Positions 26,879 to 36,354 of a stretch of 64,000 nucleotides of DNA are shown here, one piece after another; position 1 is the first letter of the stretch, and each line of letters begins with the position of its first letter. The position numbers were made by a program, and so were the translations under genes. The stretch comes from a virus. The notes under the pieces were generated by a model. It saw only the letters and a list, made by a program, of their open reading frames with translations. It had not been told where the DNA came from and made no database searches. The stretch lies in IMG/VR virus record IMGVR_UViG_3300035698_006641, positions 1 through 64,000 of that record; one strand, given 5' to 3'.

Positions 26879-27354
26879 GGTATACGTCTTTCGTCTTCAC
26901 TATTTGAAAACCAAGTCCACGGGGGATCAAAGAAGTTCATTACCTCAGCCCACCCAGGGAAATATTGACCGCCGAAATGTATAAAGTACCCGTCAAACTC
27001 TTTTTGATTATCTGTAGTAGAGTCATCAATGAGGTAATCACCTTTTAACAATGATTTATTAGGGCACATGATTAGCCTATCACAAAATTCCATTCCCAAG
27101 TGTTCCTCGACCCAGATACGCTTCTCAGTGTAGCTGTACGGGTTCATTACGGACGCACGTGTTAGAATCCAGACAGCATAATGCTTATTCAGCTCATGCA
27201 TAGCATCAATGGCTCCCGGAATTGGCTTAAGGTTTTCAAAGAACCTTGCCTGTGATTGAGGATACTCTACTTTGCCTGGGATAAATGCTGCATCGAAGGC
27301 TGACTGGAAATCACATAAGACCCCGTCCATGTCAACATATACTATTTCCCTCAT
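26875..27354 (-). CDS. 5'(3')-deoxyribonucleotidase (NT5C, HAD)
   Basis: YVDMDGVLCDF, KSLLKGDYLIDD. Confidence 0.9.
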   Translation of the reverse strand: MREIVYVDMDGVLCDFQSAFDAAFIPGKVEYPQSQARFFENLKPIPGAIDAMHELNKHYAVWILTRASVMNPYSYTEKRIWVEEHLGMEFCDRLIMCPNKSLLKGDYLIDDSTTDNQKEFDGYFIHFGGQYFPGWAEVMNFFDPPWTWFSNSEDERRIP

Positions 27355-27674
27355 GTTTCTTTTCCTTCTGTATCATATAGGAACTTCCCATCAACAAAGA
27401 CATTCGCCCCGCCCAAATCTCCCTTTCCATTAGACATCAAACGGAGTCCACGGTTGTTCTGAAGACATGAATCCAGCTGTTTGGTACTGAGACTGGTGCG
27501 AACGGAGTATCCGAGCTCCATAAGTAGTACTCTGTATGCAGCACGTCTGAATATCTCAAGGACATCCAACTCAAAATGTGTATCTTGAATCTCTTTTGAT
27601 ATTTTAATCCTCACTTTCTTGTTGTGGGATATTGTAAGCTTTGAATTTTTACTATCTACATATATAATATCCAT
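27351..27674 (-). CDS. Hypothetical protein
   Basis: GGGGAG RBS. Confidence 0.65.
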   Translation of the reverse strand: MDIIYVDSKNSKLTISHNKKVRIKISKEIQDTHFELDVLEIFRRAAYRVLLMELGYSVRTSLSTKQLDSCLQNNRGLRLMSNGKGDLGGANVFVDGKFLYDTEGKET

Positions 27675-27769
27675 GTTTCTCCCCTTATCTTTGATGTTCT
27701 ATATGGTCACCTGCTTCTGGTAGCTCTCTTGGAGGAGGTTCAGATCCTAACGACCATCTCATATCCCCC

Positions 27770-27997
27770 TTACCAGCTTCTACCGAACCCGTCCCAACTG
27801 TCCATACGATTGATTGCACCTTTACTTGTACTTACTGATAACACCACACAAAGTATTGACCACCAATAATACCCCGGTGTGATCCAAACTGGTGCAGCCA
27901 TCATTAGCAGCAGTAGGAACATTATTTCAATAGACGATACTATAATAAATGCGATCTTTACTGAATTCATCTCCGACCTCTCTTTCTTGTATTCCAA
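27770..27997 (-). CDS. Membrane protein
   Basis: Two TM segments. Confidence 0.55.
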   Translation of the reverse strand: MEYKKERSEMNSVKIAFIIVSSIEIMFLLLLMMAAPVWITPGYYWWSILCVVLSVSTSKGAINRMDSWDGFGRSW

Positions 27998-28034
27998 TCA
28001 TTACAATAAACCCCTTCCGAAGGAGGGACCATAA

Positions 28035-29549
28035 TTACTTATAACGGTACAGCGCGTTGGCGTCCATACGCCCACGAACCTCGGAGAGGGTGGTCATACG
28101 AACCATTTTACCGTCTACGAAGACGTCCTCAAGAGCACCGCCCTCAGCTTCTTCTCGGGTTTGTTGGTCAAACATAACATAGTTGTTATCCTCGTCTTTG
28201 TTGACCCGGAGAAAACCCTTGGCAGACTTTTTAGTACCATCATCTGTTTTCGGGTCCTTGAAGATCTCAACCTCCTCGCCATTAATTACACCAGCAGTCG
28301 CCTTAATCGCAAAACCACAACAGTCTCTTGTTAAGTACTGATAAGTAAATGAACCTATTCCTAGCACAACATTAGTTGATGCAAACCCCTTCTGGGAAAG
28401 TCGGAAACAGATATCATTTGCTCGGTCTAGTGTGATTGAGTCCCCGTAGATAAGACCGATATGCTGGTCTAGCAGCTTGTACCCGTTCTCCGTCTCTGTC
28501 CCGCCAAAGGTCTCCCATAAGCACTGGATAGCTCCCTTCTCTTGAGGGGTACACTCCGGGCTCATTGTATCCTGGCAGGTACCACAGATGATGTCAGCAG
28601 GGTCTCCACTATCCGGCCGAATTACTAGTTTCCCGTCTCGCTTCATGACAGTGTTTTTCAGTTCCGGTAAGAACTCCGTGACCACTTTAAAGAAATCAAA
28701 AGTATCGCTGACAATGGAAACAATCCCGGTAGGATACGTCTCTGTAATGAGGCGTTTGAAGGTATTAAATTCCCCCTCGTTACGTGTGGAGAGGCTCATC
28801 ACGCTATGTTCGCTTGCGGGCACAGAGCATCCGATAAGCTCCTTCTCGCAGTCCGCTCCATAATAGTCTTCTAGGAGATCGATTGCTGGGATAGCATCAG
28901 TACCGACAAAGGAAAGAAGGTGAGCCGCCCCGCACATAGCCGAGTCTTCTAGAGTTGACATACCCCTCATTGAAAAGTCGTGCCCCTGGAACGGTACAGC
29001 CTCCATACTGCTGCATGTATATTTTGCCCAGTAATCCAAGAGATCTCTATAATCCCTCGCCACAGATGCAGCTGTCATCATCTTCCACGACAAATTACTA
29101 AGCGCCGTTTCCAGGAAGTTTGTAACCCAGAAGAATTTAGGTATGGTGTTTTCGATGGTGTAGATGGCCACTTTGGGGTCTACGATCTCCCCCTCATTCA
29201 ATGCTCTCATACGGATAGGGAGATAACCGAGATCGTGCAGATCCTTTACATGGTCATACGTTATTGAGTCTGGCCCCAAGTAGTTATCAATCCGGCGCTT
29301 ATACTGGGCAACCACCAACTCCTTTGGTAGATTGAAGAACGTATCGTTCCAGAGGTCAATCAAGTAGCTCTGGATGATATATTGAAGCCCAAACACCACG
29401 ATCTTTGAATCATTTCGCGGAGTCTTTGCCATATACTTGAGTGACCGGGGCGTCCAGTTTGAGTATACCATTTCGGTACCCTCCGGATATTGGCTCCTGT
29501 GGTCAGTTTTATAGCCGTCAGTACAGTTAAGTACTTTTAATTTATTCAT
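28035..29549 (-). CDS. Nicotinamide phosphoribosyltransferase-family protein (NARP1 Namat-like)
   Basis: TDGYKTDH, HDFSMRG, ASEHS, SIVSDT, IRPDSGDP, IYGDSIT, KKSAKG. Confidence 0.9.
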   Translation of the reverse strand: MNKLKVLNCTDGYKTDHRSQYPEGTEMVYSNWTPRSLKYMAKTPRNDSKIVVFGLQYIIQSYLIDLWNDTFFNLPKELVVAQYKRRIDNYLGPDSITYDHVKDLHDLGYLPIRMRALNEGEIVDPKVAIYTIENTIPKFFWVTNFLETALSNLSWKMMTAASVARDYRDLLDYWAKYTCSSMEAVPFQGHDFSMRGMSTLEDSAMCGAAHLLSFVGTDAIPAIDLLEDYYGADCEKELIGCSVPASEHSVMSLSTRNEGEFNTFKRLITETYPTGIVSIVSDTFDFFKVVTEFLPELKNTVMKRDGKLVIRPDSGDPADIICGTCQDTMSPECTPQEKGAIQCLWETFGGTETENGYKLLDQHIGLIYGDSITLDRANDICFRLSQKGFASTNVVLGIGSFTYQYLTRDCCGFAIKATAGVINGEEVEIFKDPKTDDGTKKSAKGFLRVNKDEDNNYVMFDQQTREEAEGGALEDVFVDGKMVRMTTLSEVRGRMDANALYRYK

Positions 29550-29570
29550 AATTTTGTTTCTCTTTTTCTG

Positions 29571-30449
29571 TTATACGTGGATTACTGTGACACGGCCATT
29601 GAACTCCTCAGGCACATCCTGGGGCAGGGAGTCGGTGGTATAGATGTGCGAGATACCGGAATCGAACAGCGGCTGGAGCCCCTTGCTGAAGATACCATGC
29701 GTAACAAACAGGCTGATAACCATGCTCCGGTTCTTGGCCTTTAGAGCCTTAGCGATCTCAATGAATGTTCGACCCCCATCGCAGATGTCGTCCCAGATTG
29801 TAACCTCTTCGCCCCCAGCAAGGGCTGCATCTGTAGGGAACTCAAGTGTAGTATCCGTTATCTGTCCGGTCCTCGGGTCTCGGATCTTCTTGGCTTGAAT
29901 AAGCTCATGAGTGCAACCACCGATCTTGGCGATTTCCCATACTTTCTTTGATGCACCAATGTCTGGAGCCACCGGGATAGTCTGTTCTACCAGGTCCAGC
30001 AGGTACGCGTTCGAAGCAGCCAGGTCGGCCACGCTGCGGATGATGACATTATCAATCAGTGCAGTTGCCACGTGGCTGTGCGGGTCCAGTACTGTCACTG
30101 AGTCCCACGTCATTGCGTTGAGCATGTTAGTGAAAACCTTCAATGAGAAGGAGTCACCAGAGGAACACCTCCGGTCCTGACGCGCATACGGAATATACAG
30201 CATCTCCAGGTGTCGGACTTTGACACGCTTTGCATCCATTAGCTCAGCCAAGAGGGCTAACCGTATGATGTCATCTGAGCTTGTAATTCGCGCTTTTACG
30301 ACTACGAAATTATCGAATGCTCCACTTTTGATGGTGACATGTTGTTCTCCCCCAGGAAACGTAAACATTTCTACGTCAATTGGGTTCATTTGAATTATTT
30401 CTATCATTTTACTTATTTCTATTTGTGAAACTCGTCCTTCAATCTCCAC
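29571..30449 (-). CDS. Ribose-phosphate pyrophosphokinase-family protein (NARP1 Adps-like)
   Basis: FPGGEQHV, PYARQDR, DPHS, APDIGA, DDICDGGRTF, THGIFS. Confidence 0.9.
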   Translation of the reverse strand: MEIEGRVSQIEISKMIEIIQMNPIDVEMFTFPGGEQHVTIKSGAFDNFVVVKARITSSDDIIRLALLAELMDAKRVKVRHLEMLYIPYARQDRRCSSGDSFSLKVFTNMLNAMTWDSVTVLDPHSHVATALIDNVIIRSVADLAASNAYLLDLVEQTIPVAPDIGASKKVWEIAKIGGCTHELIQAKKIRDPRTGQITDTTLEFPTDAALAGGEEVTIWDDICDGGRTFIEIAKALKAKNRSMVISLFVTHGIFSKGLQPLFDSGISHIYTTDSLPQDVPEEFNGRVTVIHV

Positions 30450-30617
30450 TCTGTGTGTACATTACCCGGGACAACATTAGTGAATAACTGAAAACATTCA
30501 GGATTATTCAATGCATAGTTAGACCCGAGTTCGAACCCACTATCAAGAGCGCACCTATTGACACTAAAGATAATAGCGGCAAAGAAAATCCATAATACTA
30601 TCTTGGTAAAACATCCA

Positions 30618-30962
30618 TTAGCCATGATAAACACCTTTCTCTGTACTGTTGTTTAAATGTGATTCTTCGGGCAAGGCATTCACTGGCCCATAAGCCCTAA
30701 TCAATTTGGCGGAGTTGAACATCATAGTGAGGAACTCAGTTAACGGGTAACCGTCGCATAACAAACAATACGTGTTTACAGTTATGATTGTGGAGTTTCC
30801 GAACTTGTCAAAGTCATTGGATCCGATGTCCAAACCACTTTGTGTATAGCGCCATTTAATCCCGGCAACCCGACCTTCACGGCAGATGTTAACATCAGGG
30901 TACCTACCATCTTTTTTAATTAATTCGGCCAAAGAACTGACCGTCATATTCTCGTTGTACAT
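30618..30962 (-). CDS. Hypothetical protein
   Basis: AAGGAG RBS. Confidence 0.6.
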   Translation of the reverse strand: MYNENMTVSSLAELIKKDGRYPDVNICREGRVAGIKWRYTQSGLDIGSNDFDKFGNSTIITVNTYCLLCDGYPLTEFLTMMFNSAKLIRAYGPVNALPEESHLNNSTEKGVYHG

Positions 30963-30964
30963 TG

Positions 30965-31423
30965 CTACTCCTTTGATTCAACAGATGGCATCCCGAGCAG
31001 TACGTCGCGCCGCTTCATAAGTAGTTTCCCAAGATGATTCTCCCCTTCACCGAAGTGCTTACCCCAGAACTTATCATGCCACCAATTGTGCTCTACCAGC
31101 TCCTCATCTCCAGTATCAAGGAGAGCTTGGCTCAGATCGTCACCACCGGGAAACTTGAGTTCAAGACCTAAGGCCATGATTGAGAGCTTAATGTCCTCCC
31201 AGTCTTCCCGAAGGTCCACTTTCTGTCCAGCCCTCTTAGCGTCTGCTGGTCCCATTTTGGAGATTCGCATTACGTCTCCAAGGTGTGTTGTTTTAGATGC
31301 CTGAAAGAACGCCTCGACCGAGCTGAATGTTCGACCCTCATACTCGAAATCATGAATGTGGTAGTTACTCAACCACCGATGATCACCAAAGAAGCCGTGT
31401 TTTAATATATCATTCTTGTCCAT
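30965..31423 (-). CDS. NADAR/YbiA family hydrolase
   Basis: WLSNY, SVEAFFQASK, REDWE, LKF, LVEHNWWHDKFWG, GENHLGKLLM; RBS before MDKND. Confidence 0.92.
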   Translation of the reverse strand: MDKNDILKHGFFGDHRWLSNYHIHDFEYEGRTFSSVEAFFQASKTTHLGDVMRISKMGPADAKRAGQKVDLREDWEDIKLSIMALGLELKFPGGDDLSQALLDTGDEELVEHNWWHDKFWGKHFGEGENHLGKLLMKRRDVLLGMPSVESKE

Positions 31424-31440
31424 AAATAATTCTCCTTTTC

Positions 31441-31959
31441 TCAATCGTAATAAAGCCCGTAACCGATAGTGACGTTTAGGTTATCATTCCAGAAGCCATT
31501 AAAGTACGGGACGTCATCTTTGATCACTTTGTACTTTAGATCCTTGAGGCTCAACTTGATGAACCACATAAGGATTTCGATAAGATGATCCGTTCCATCT
31601 ATAGAAGAATAACCCTCATCTCGGCACTCATCGTCCTCTAAAATTAGTTCATTTGGGATACCATGTTTTTTAAACACAGAGATGCATTCTGGAGTAAGCG
31701 AGGAGTCATGATAGTTCACGCATACTAGGCACTTCTTATCTTCAGGATACTCATAACCAATTCCAGCGTAATCAGGTGAATCGTGAAACTGAATTCCTGT
31801 GAGTCTACAAGATGCTTTGTACGCTTGTTGCATATCAAAGACCTTATGATTAGACTCGATTAGTACCTTATCAAACTGGTTGTGACCATCCCTTGACCAA
31901 TCACCAATCATTATATTCATTTTAATCATTCTTATTCTTTCTTTTGTGATATAAGGCAT
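31441..31959 (-). CDS. Conserved-looking phage hypothetical protein
   Basis: IGDWSRDGH...IGYGLY. Confidence 0.7.
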   Translation of the reverse strand: MPYITKERIRMIKMNIMIGDWSRDGHNQFDKVLIESNHKVFDMQQAYKASCRLTGIQFHDSPDYAGIGYEYPEDKKCLVCVNYHDSSLTPECISVFKKHGIPNELILEDDECRDEGYSSIDGTDHLIEILMWFIKLSLKDLKYKVIKDDVPYFNGFWNDNLNVTIGYGLYYD

Positions 31960-31960
31960 A

Positions 31961-32227
31961 TCAGCTCCTCTGTATCCTTTTATTAACTAGGGCCTCAACA
32001 ACATCCCAACGTTCAGCTGAAGATTTTTCTTCGTCCGTTGCGTTCGGACCCAAAGCGTCATCTTCAGGAAGAACTGTATACATGCTCACTGAGTCATAAT
32101 CTTCATTGGCTAATTGCGCCATATAAAAATCAATAACACGTTGAGCGGCCTCTGGAGAGAAATAACGCATTACTCCGTTATTGATCATCCATTTTCCAGG
32201 CTCTGGGGCCTGGTTTACAAAATACAT
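31961..32227 (-). CDS. Hypothetical protein
   Basis: GAGGA RBS. Confidence 0.6.
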   Translation of the reverse strand: MYFVNQAPEPGKWMINNGVMRYFSPEAAQRVIDFYMAQLANEDYDSVSMYTVLPEDDALGPNATDEEKSSAERWDVVEALVNKRIQRS

Positions 32228-32305
32228 AAAATTATCCTCTGGTTTGTTGTTTCTATTCTATGATCTGTGATAGGTACTGTGTGGTGATACACAGTGTTGA
32301 TTAAA

Positions 32306-32381
32306 TGGTATCCCGTACAGGACTCGAACCTGCAACACCTAGAGTAGAAATCTAGTGCTCATCCAATTGAGCTTACGGGAC
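32306..32381 (-). tRNA. tRNA-Arg(UCU)
   Basis: GTCCCGT/ACGGGAT acceptor, CTAGA-TTTCTAC-TCTAG anticodon arm, TTCGAGT T-loop, A20, encoded CCA. Confidence 0.92.
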
Positions 32382-32387
32382 ATTATT

Positions 32388-32663
32388 TTAAAGTTGTTGT
32401 TCGGAAGTTATGACATCCTGCTCTGTATCGCGGATAACGATATTAGATTCAAATTCAGAGATTGCTCTAGCACAGTTGCTTCCTCCGCCAGCCAGCATCA
32501 CTCTGTTCATCAGAAGAACCACACCGTTGCCCCAGTGCAAGCTAATTTCTTTATCAAACCTTTCACCGTAAACCCCTATGGCTATGGTAAGGCAGTCAAT
32601 GGCTTCTAACAAGGTGCTAGATTCTACCTTTTTTACTTCAGTGTTTCTAGTTTCACTGCTCAT
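32388..32663 (-). CDS. Hypothetical protein
   Basis: GAGGA RBS. Confidence 0.6.
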   Translation of the reverse strand: MSSETRNTEVKKVESSTLLEAIDCLTIAIGVYGERFDKEISLHWGNGVVLLMNRVMLAGGGSNCARAISEFESNIVIRDTEQDVITSEQQL

Positions 32664-33250
32664 AGCTGATCCTCTGTTTTTTCTTGGTGGGTTGCCGTTC
32701 TCATTAGATACAAATTGAAACCTCCTGCTCTATTTCGCGTTTTACGGACTGTCTCTCACGCTTTTTGCTAGGTTGATTTTCTGTTTCCCACCAGTTGACC
32801 ATGCCATCCTTTTTGCAGTGGCAATCAGTTTTTCCGGGGAACCTAACTTTTCTCTGACCCATCGGTTTCATACGTATCCTAACAATTCAACGTGATTACT
32901 ATACAACACGTCTGCCTTCGCCAAACTGAAGTTTACTTCCTTCGGTGGCCTCGTGTGCGGATTCAACTTTCTTTATGAACTCCGAAGTTTCTGAGCTTAC
33001 CTCCTCGGCGGTTGGAGGTGTCGGACATTCTCCGGTGTGACATCGTCCGCATTTGTCGCATAATCTTGCCATGGTTTCTCCTTTCAAAAAGACTCATTTT
33101 CTGTTTTTCTCCTCATAGGTTGTTTTTTGTTTCTTTCTATGTAAGCGGTATCTTTTACATTTGTTATGCAAGTCACATGACCAGCACAATGAGAACTTTT
33201 CCTCGCACTGCTTCATGTAGATCCGCTGACCGACTTCCGATAATAACCAA

Positions 33251-33514
33251 TCAAATAACTTCATAGATAATTCTATCCAGTATCGCTCTGTTTCTCCAAA
33301 AGAAGCGCAGCCCAAATGGTCGCCAAAGCGATAGGTTGATAGCCCATCTCTTGCGTTCGTTTTCAGATGCAACAAGCCTACCGTACATCCATCGCCACCA
33401 TTTCACGGGTACGTTTTTAGGCACACATTCATGATCTCCAATGTACGTCGATGGTGGTGTTGGGGTCATCAAAATCCGAGCCGCCAACTTAATTAACCTA
33501 TCTCTTTGTTCCAT
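33251..33514 (-). CDS. Hypothetical protein
   Basis: GGAGG RBS. Confidence 0.5.
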   Translation of the reverse strand: MEQRDRLIKLAARILMTPTPPSTYIGDHECVPKNVPVKWWRWMYGRLVASENERKRWAINLSLWRPFGLRFFWRNRAILDRIIYEVI

Positions 33515-33801
33515 AATTATTTACCTCCATCTTACATTATCTAACCAGCAACTCATGATCACGAGGAGCTGACCCGTCTTTTTTCGTGGTGACTTCAAAT
33601 GCTACGTCTTTAACACCGTCCACCTTGAACACATTCCGGTCATTGCTGTGCGGGCATCAGCTCCGCCTACGTTTGGATCATGCGACCCGCGACTCAAACA
33701 TTCAGACGTTCCACAGTTCAGAATAAGTGCTATGTCTATCTGTGGCTCCATTACCGGCCCTCTCCGATCTTTTTCGTTTGCTTCCATAAACTCCTTAGAT
33801 G

Positions 33802-34035
33802 TCATTTGATCTTCCGATATTTTGTAAAAACCTCAATACCATCTTCTGGATCCTCAAGAAGTGAGAGTGCACAGTTGAGCATGTCGTTCTCTCTATGTTC
33901 CCCAACTAAACATAGACCCTCAAAGTAATGTCTGATCTCTTCTATTGAAAAATAAACAGGACTAGATGCCTGTACTAGCTTCCTGTTTTTGATGCGGTAA
34001 AGTTCTTCGCGTTGATCATAAATTTTATCGCTCAT
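33802..34035 (-). CDS. Hypothetical protein
   Basis: AAGGA RBS. Confidence 0.6.
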   Translation of the reverse strand: MSDKIYDQREELYRIKNRKLVQASSPVYFSIEEIRHYFEGLCLVGEHRENDMLNCALSLLEDPEDGIEVFTKYRKIK

Positions 34036-34489
34036 TTTGAATCCTTTCTGAGCCGCTGAGGCTCATTATTTTAATCAGATTTACTCCTGAATGCAGAGTT
34101 TTCCATAACGAAAAGCGCACCATGGTTGGGTCATGTACCAAAACTCATCCATGAACCTTTCTGTTTTGAACTTCTGCATTGCCTTAACAGCTCCAACCTT
34201 TGTTCTATGGGCAGAGATGGTGTAAAACATTGATTCATGAATCATTTCGTTAAACTCGACGGTGTATACAAACGTACCCGCAATACACATAATATCTCCA
34301 AAGTAAGGCAGTAAAGCCAGCGTTGATCTTAGTTTCCAATGAAAACCCCGAACCACAACCACTCAATGGCAATGCCTCGTTTGTTTTCAATTCCATCATT
34401 TTCTGTTTTGCCGTATAGAATTGTGAGTCTTGGTAGGAGTTCTACTTGAGTAGTGAATGTTGTATAGAATATCATAATCTTCCTATCCA

Positions 34490-34723
34490 TTAATTCTTAA
34501 TTTTGGTTAGTTTCTCGGGATCCACCGTGATTAACTCAGCCTTTTGCCAAGATGTACAAGTTGTACCATTGAGTTGCGTCCTTTCGTAGCCATTCTCAAA
34601 TGCAGCTAGGTTAACGCTATAGAAATAACAAGCCATAACTACTGCTAATGCAACAGTTCCAGACAACATCGTTATCCAAAAGGCAATCCAGAATTTCTGC
34701 GCTTCATTCATAATTTTCTCCAT
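34490..34723 (-). CDS. Membrane protein
   Basis: Single TM helix; RBS supplied by the 82-bp repeat. Confidence 0.6.
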   Translation of the reverse strand: MEKIMNEAQKFWIAFWITMLSGTVALAVVMACYFYSVNLAAFENGYERTQLNGTTCTSWQKAELITVDPEKLTKIKN

Positions 34724-34798
34724 TAAAGCCCAACCAGTAAATCGAGCCTATTATTTTAAACGCCCTGTTTTGAATCTAAGCCACAGGGCACAAAGGCT
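34717..34798 (-). repeat. 82-bp exact direct repeat, copy 1 (structured leader + RBS)
   Basis: Identical to 35424-35505. Confidence 0.95.
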
Positions 34799-34810
34799 CA
34801 TTTTAAAACG

Positions 34811-35017
34811 TTAGATTGTGAAATTGAAATAGGCGGCATCGTAGTCAATCCCGTCGTCACTCTCCGAGTCGAAGCCCATCGAGAGCGCAAGCATTGCCGC
34901 TTTCTCAAGTTGTTCAATATTCACTAGCGTTCCACAGCTCCGGCCAGCCCTCCAAAGCACGGCCAGTGCGTCATTTAATTCATCCAACTTTTCTTGTTCT
35001 TCCATAGTCTTCTTCAT
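34811..35017 (-). CDS. Hypothetical protein
   Basis: 68-aa ORF between the repeats. Confidence 0.55.
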   Translation of the reverse strand: MKKTMEEQEKLDELNDALAVLWRAGRSCGTLVNIEQLEKAAMLALSMGFDSESDDGIDYDAAYFNFTI

Positions 35018-35122
35018 CTAACCATCTTATTTAATCTCTGTTGTTGTTATTTCCCTAACTCCGATGATCTTCATATTAACTTGTTGGGCAGACGAAGCGG
35101 AAGCAACGCCTGCCCGCAAGTT

Positions 35123-35416
35123 TTAACCAACAACGAGTTTGCGACCGTTGTTTTCGTCTGGTGCGATTTTGGCATCCGGCACAAAAGTCAACGCTTCAGC
35201 GATGGCATAAGTTCCGTCTTCATTTCTTTGCTGAGTCGTAACTTGAACAACACAGCCCGAGCCTGCTTCCATGGCCTTCGTTGATTTCATCCAACCCTCG
35301 GTTTCGCTTGATGCTTTGCAAAGAAGTTGGAATTGGTCTCCATTCCCAACAACCTTGATGTCTTTGACGTTTTTGCGTGCTCCTGAAACGTCAGAATTGT
35401 GCAGTGTTTTCGGCAT
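35123..35416 (-). CDS. Conserved-looking hypothetical protein
   Basis: KASSETEGWMKSTKAME...VQVTTQQ; higher GC than neighbours. Confidence 0.75.
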   Translation of the reverse strand: MPKTLHNSDVSGARKNVKDIKVVGNGDQFQLLCKASSETEGWMKSTKAMEAGSGCVVQVTTQQRNEDGTYAIAEALTFVPDAKIAPDENNGRKLVVG

Positions 35417-35423
35417 GTCTTAA

Positions 35424-35505
35424 TCTCCATTAAAGCCCAACCAGTAAATCGAGCCTATTATTTTAAACGCCCTGTTTTGAATCTAAGCCACAGGGCACAA
35501 AGGCT
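35424..35505 (-). repeat. 82-bp exact direct repeat, copy 2
   Basis: Identical to 34717-34798. Confidence 0.95.
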
Positions 35506-35563
35506 TATTTGACTAGGTGCTAGACGTACTGCATTTTACCGTAGAATAGCGTGTAGTTGACGA

Positions 35564-35848
35564 TCAACTGTTTGTTGTGAACGGGCTTGTACCAAGGCAT
35601 TTAAAAAACGACCATGTTTTGTACTCAATTGACGAGTACCCATATGATTCGTAGGCCCCTTTATCCTTATTACACACCGGAGAATAAGCAACATAAAATT
35701 TGCTTATTTTCTCAAGGTGCTCGCCTTCTTTTTTAAACAACGCGACTGCTTTTTTGTAGGCACTCTCAATGCTTTTTGCTCGAACATCTCCACCGTATCT
35801 TCCGTGTCCCTGACTGCTGTAGTGATAATATATATTAAACACTTTCAT
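35564..35848 (-). CDS. Hypothetical protein
   Basis: GGAG RBS. Confidence 0.6.
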   Translation of the reverse strand: MKVFNIYYHYSSQGHGRYGGDVRAKSIESAYKKAVALFKKEGEHLEKISKFYVAYSPVCNKDKGAYESYGYSSIEYKTWSFFKCLGTSPFTTNS

Positions 35849-35926
35849 GTGTAATTCTCCATTTTGATTAGGATTGGGCCCAAAGTCTCTTAAGCATAAT
35901 TTCCAATCACTCCGGATACCTTGAAG

Positions 35927-36193
35927 CTATACACCGCAAACAGTTACCCACTTATCTTCGGTCGTACCTCGCTTAAAATCTCCGGACACGAATTCCTCTT
36001 CGTCGTATTCGGTAAAGTATCTTTGGGCAGCTTCATCGCATTCTGGATGCCAAGCGTCGCTCTGGAAGTCTCCATAGTACGACCCGACTCTCCGAACGTA
36101 CTTTTCTCCTTTTTCAATCTTCTCTCCGCACCAAACGCAACGATGCTCTTTTCGAGCTTTGGGCTTCGTTATTGATATTTCTTCCCAACCCAT
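35927..36193 (-). CDS. Phage Zn-finger protein
   Basis: KARKEHRCVWCGEKIEKGEKY...HPEC. Confidence 0.75.
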   Translation of the reverse strand: MGWEEISITKPKARKEHRCVWCGEKIEKGEKYVRRVGSYYGDFQSDAWHPECDEAAQRYFTEYDEEEFVSGDFKRGTTEDKWVTVCGV

Positions 36194-36215
36194 AGTTTCC
36201 TTTCTTGTTTAAAAG

Positions 36216-36298
36216 AGCCCTCGGCCGGACTCGAACCAGCAACGAGTTTCCTCACTAGATTAGGAATCTAGCGCCTTATCCGATTAGACTACGAGGGC
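36216..36298 (-). tRNA. tRNA-Arg(CCU) with long variable arm, no encoded CCA
   Basis: GCCCTCG/CGAGGGC acceptor, CTAGA-TTCCTAA-TCTAG anticodon arm, 14-nt variable region TGAGGAAACTCGTT, TTCGAGT T-loop. Confidence 0.85.
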
Positions 36299-36354
36299 GT
36301 TATTAACTTCAATAGGAGCTATTTAAGGGCCTCGCATTGAGGCCCCTAAACAGA

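Noticed and set aside
32306-32381. Amber suppressor tRNA (CTA visible in the anticodon loop)
   Set aside because: The 7-nt loop TTTCTAC centres on TCT, and A20 supports Arg identity
35050-35125. Integron attC-like site (GCCCAAC...GTTAGGG) after ORF 35123-35416
   Set aside because: The boxes are only about 23 nt apart, too short for attC, and no integrase is seen; an ordinary hairpin explains the region
35545-35570. Second IscB-type end (GTCAACTAC on the minus strand)
   Set aside because: Not followed by the hairpin-GGCTTG pattern and no matching right end
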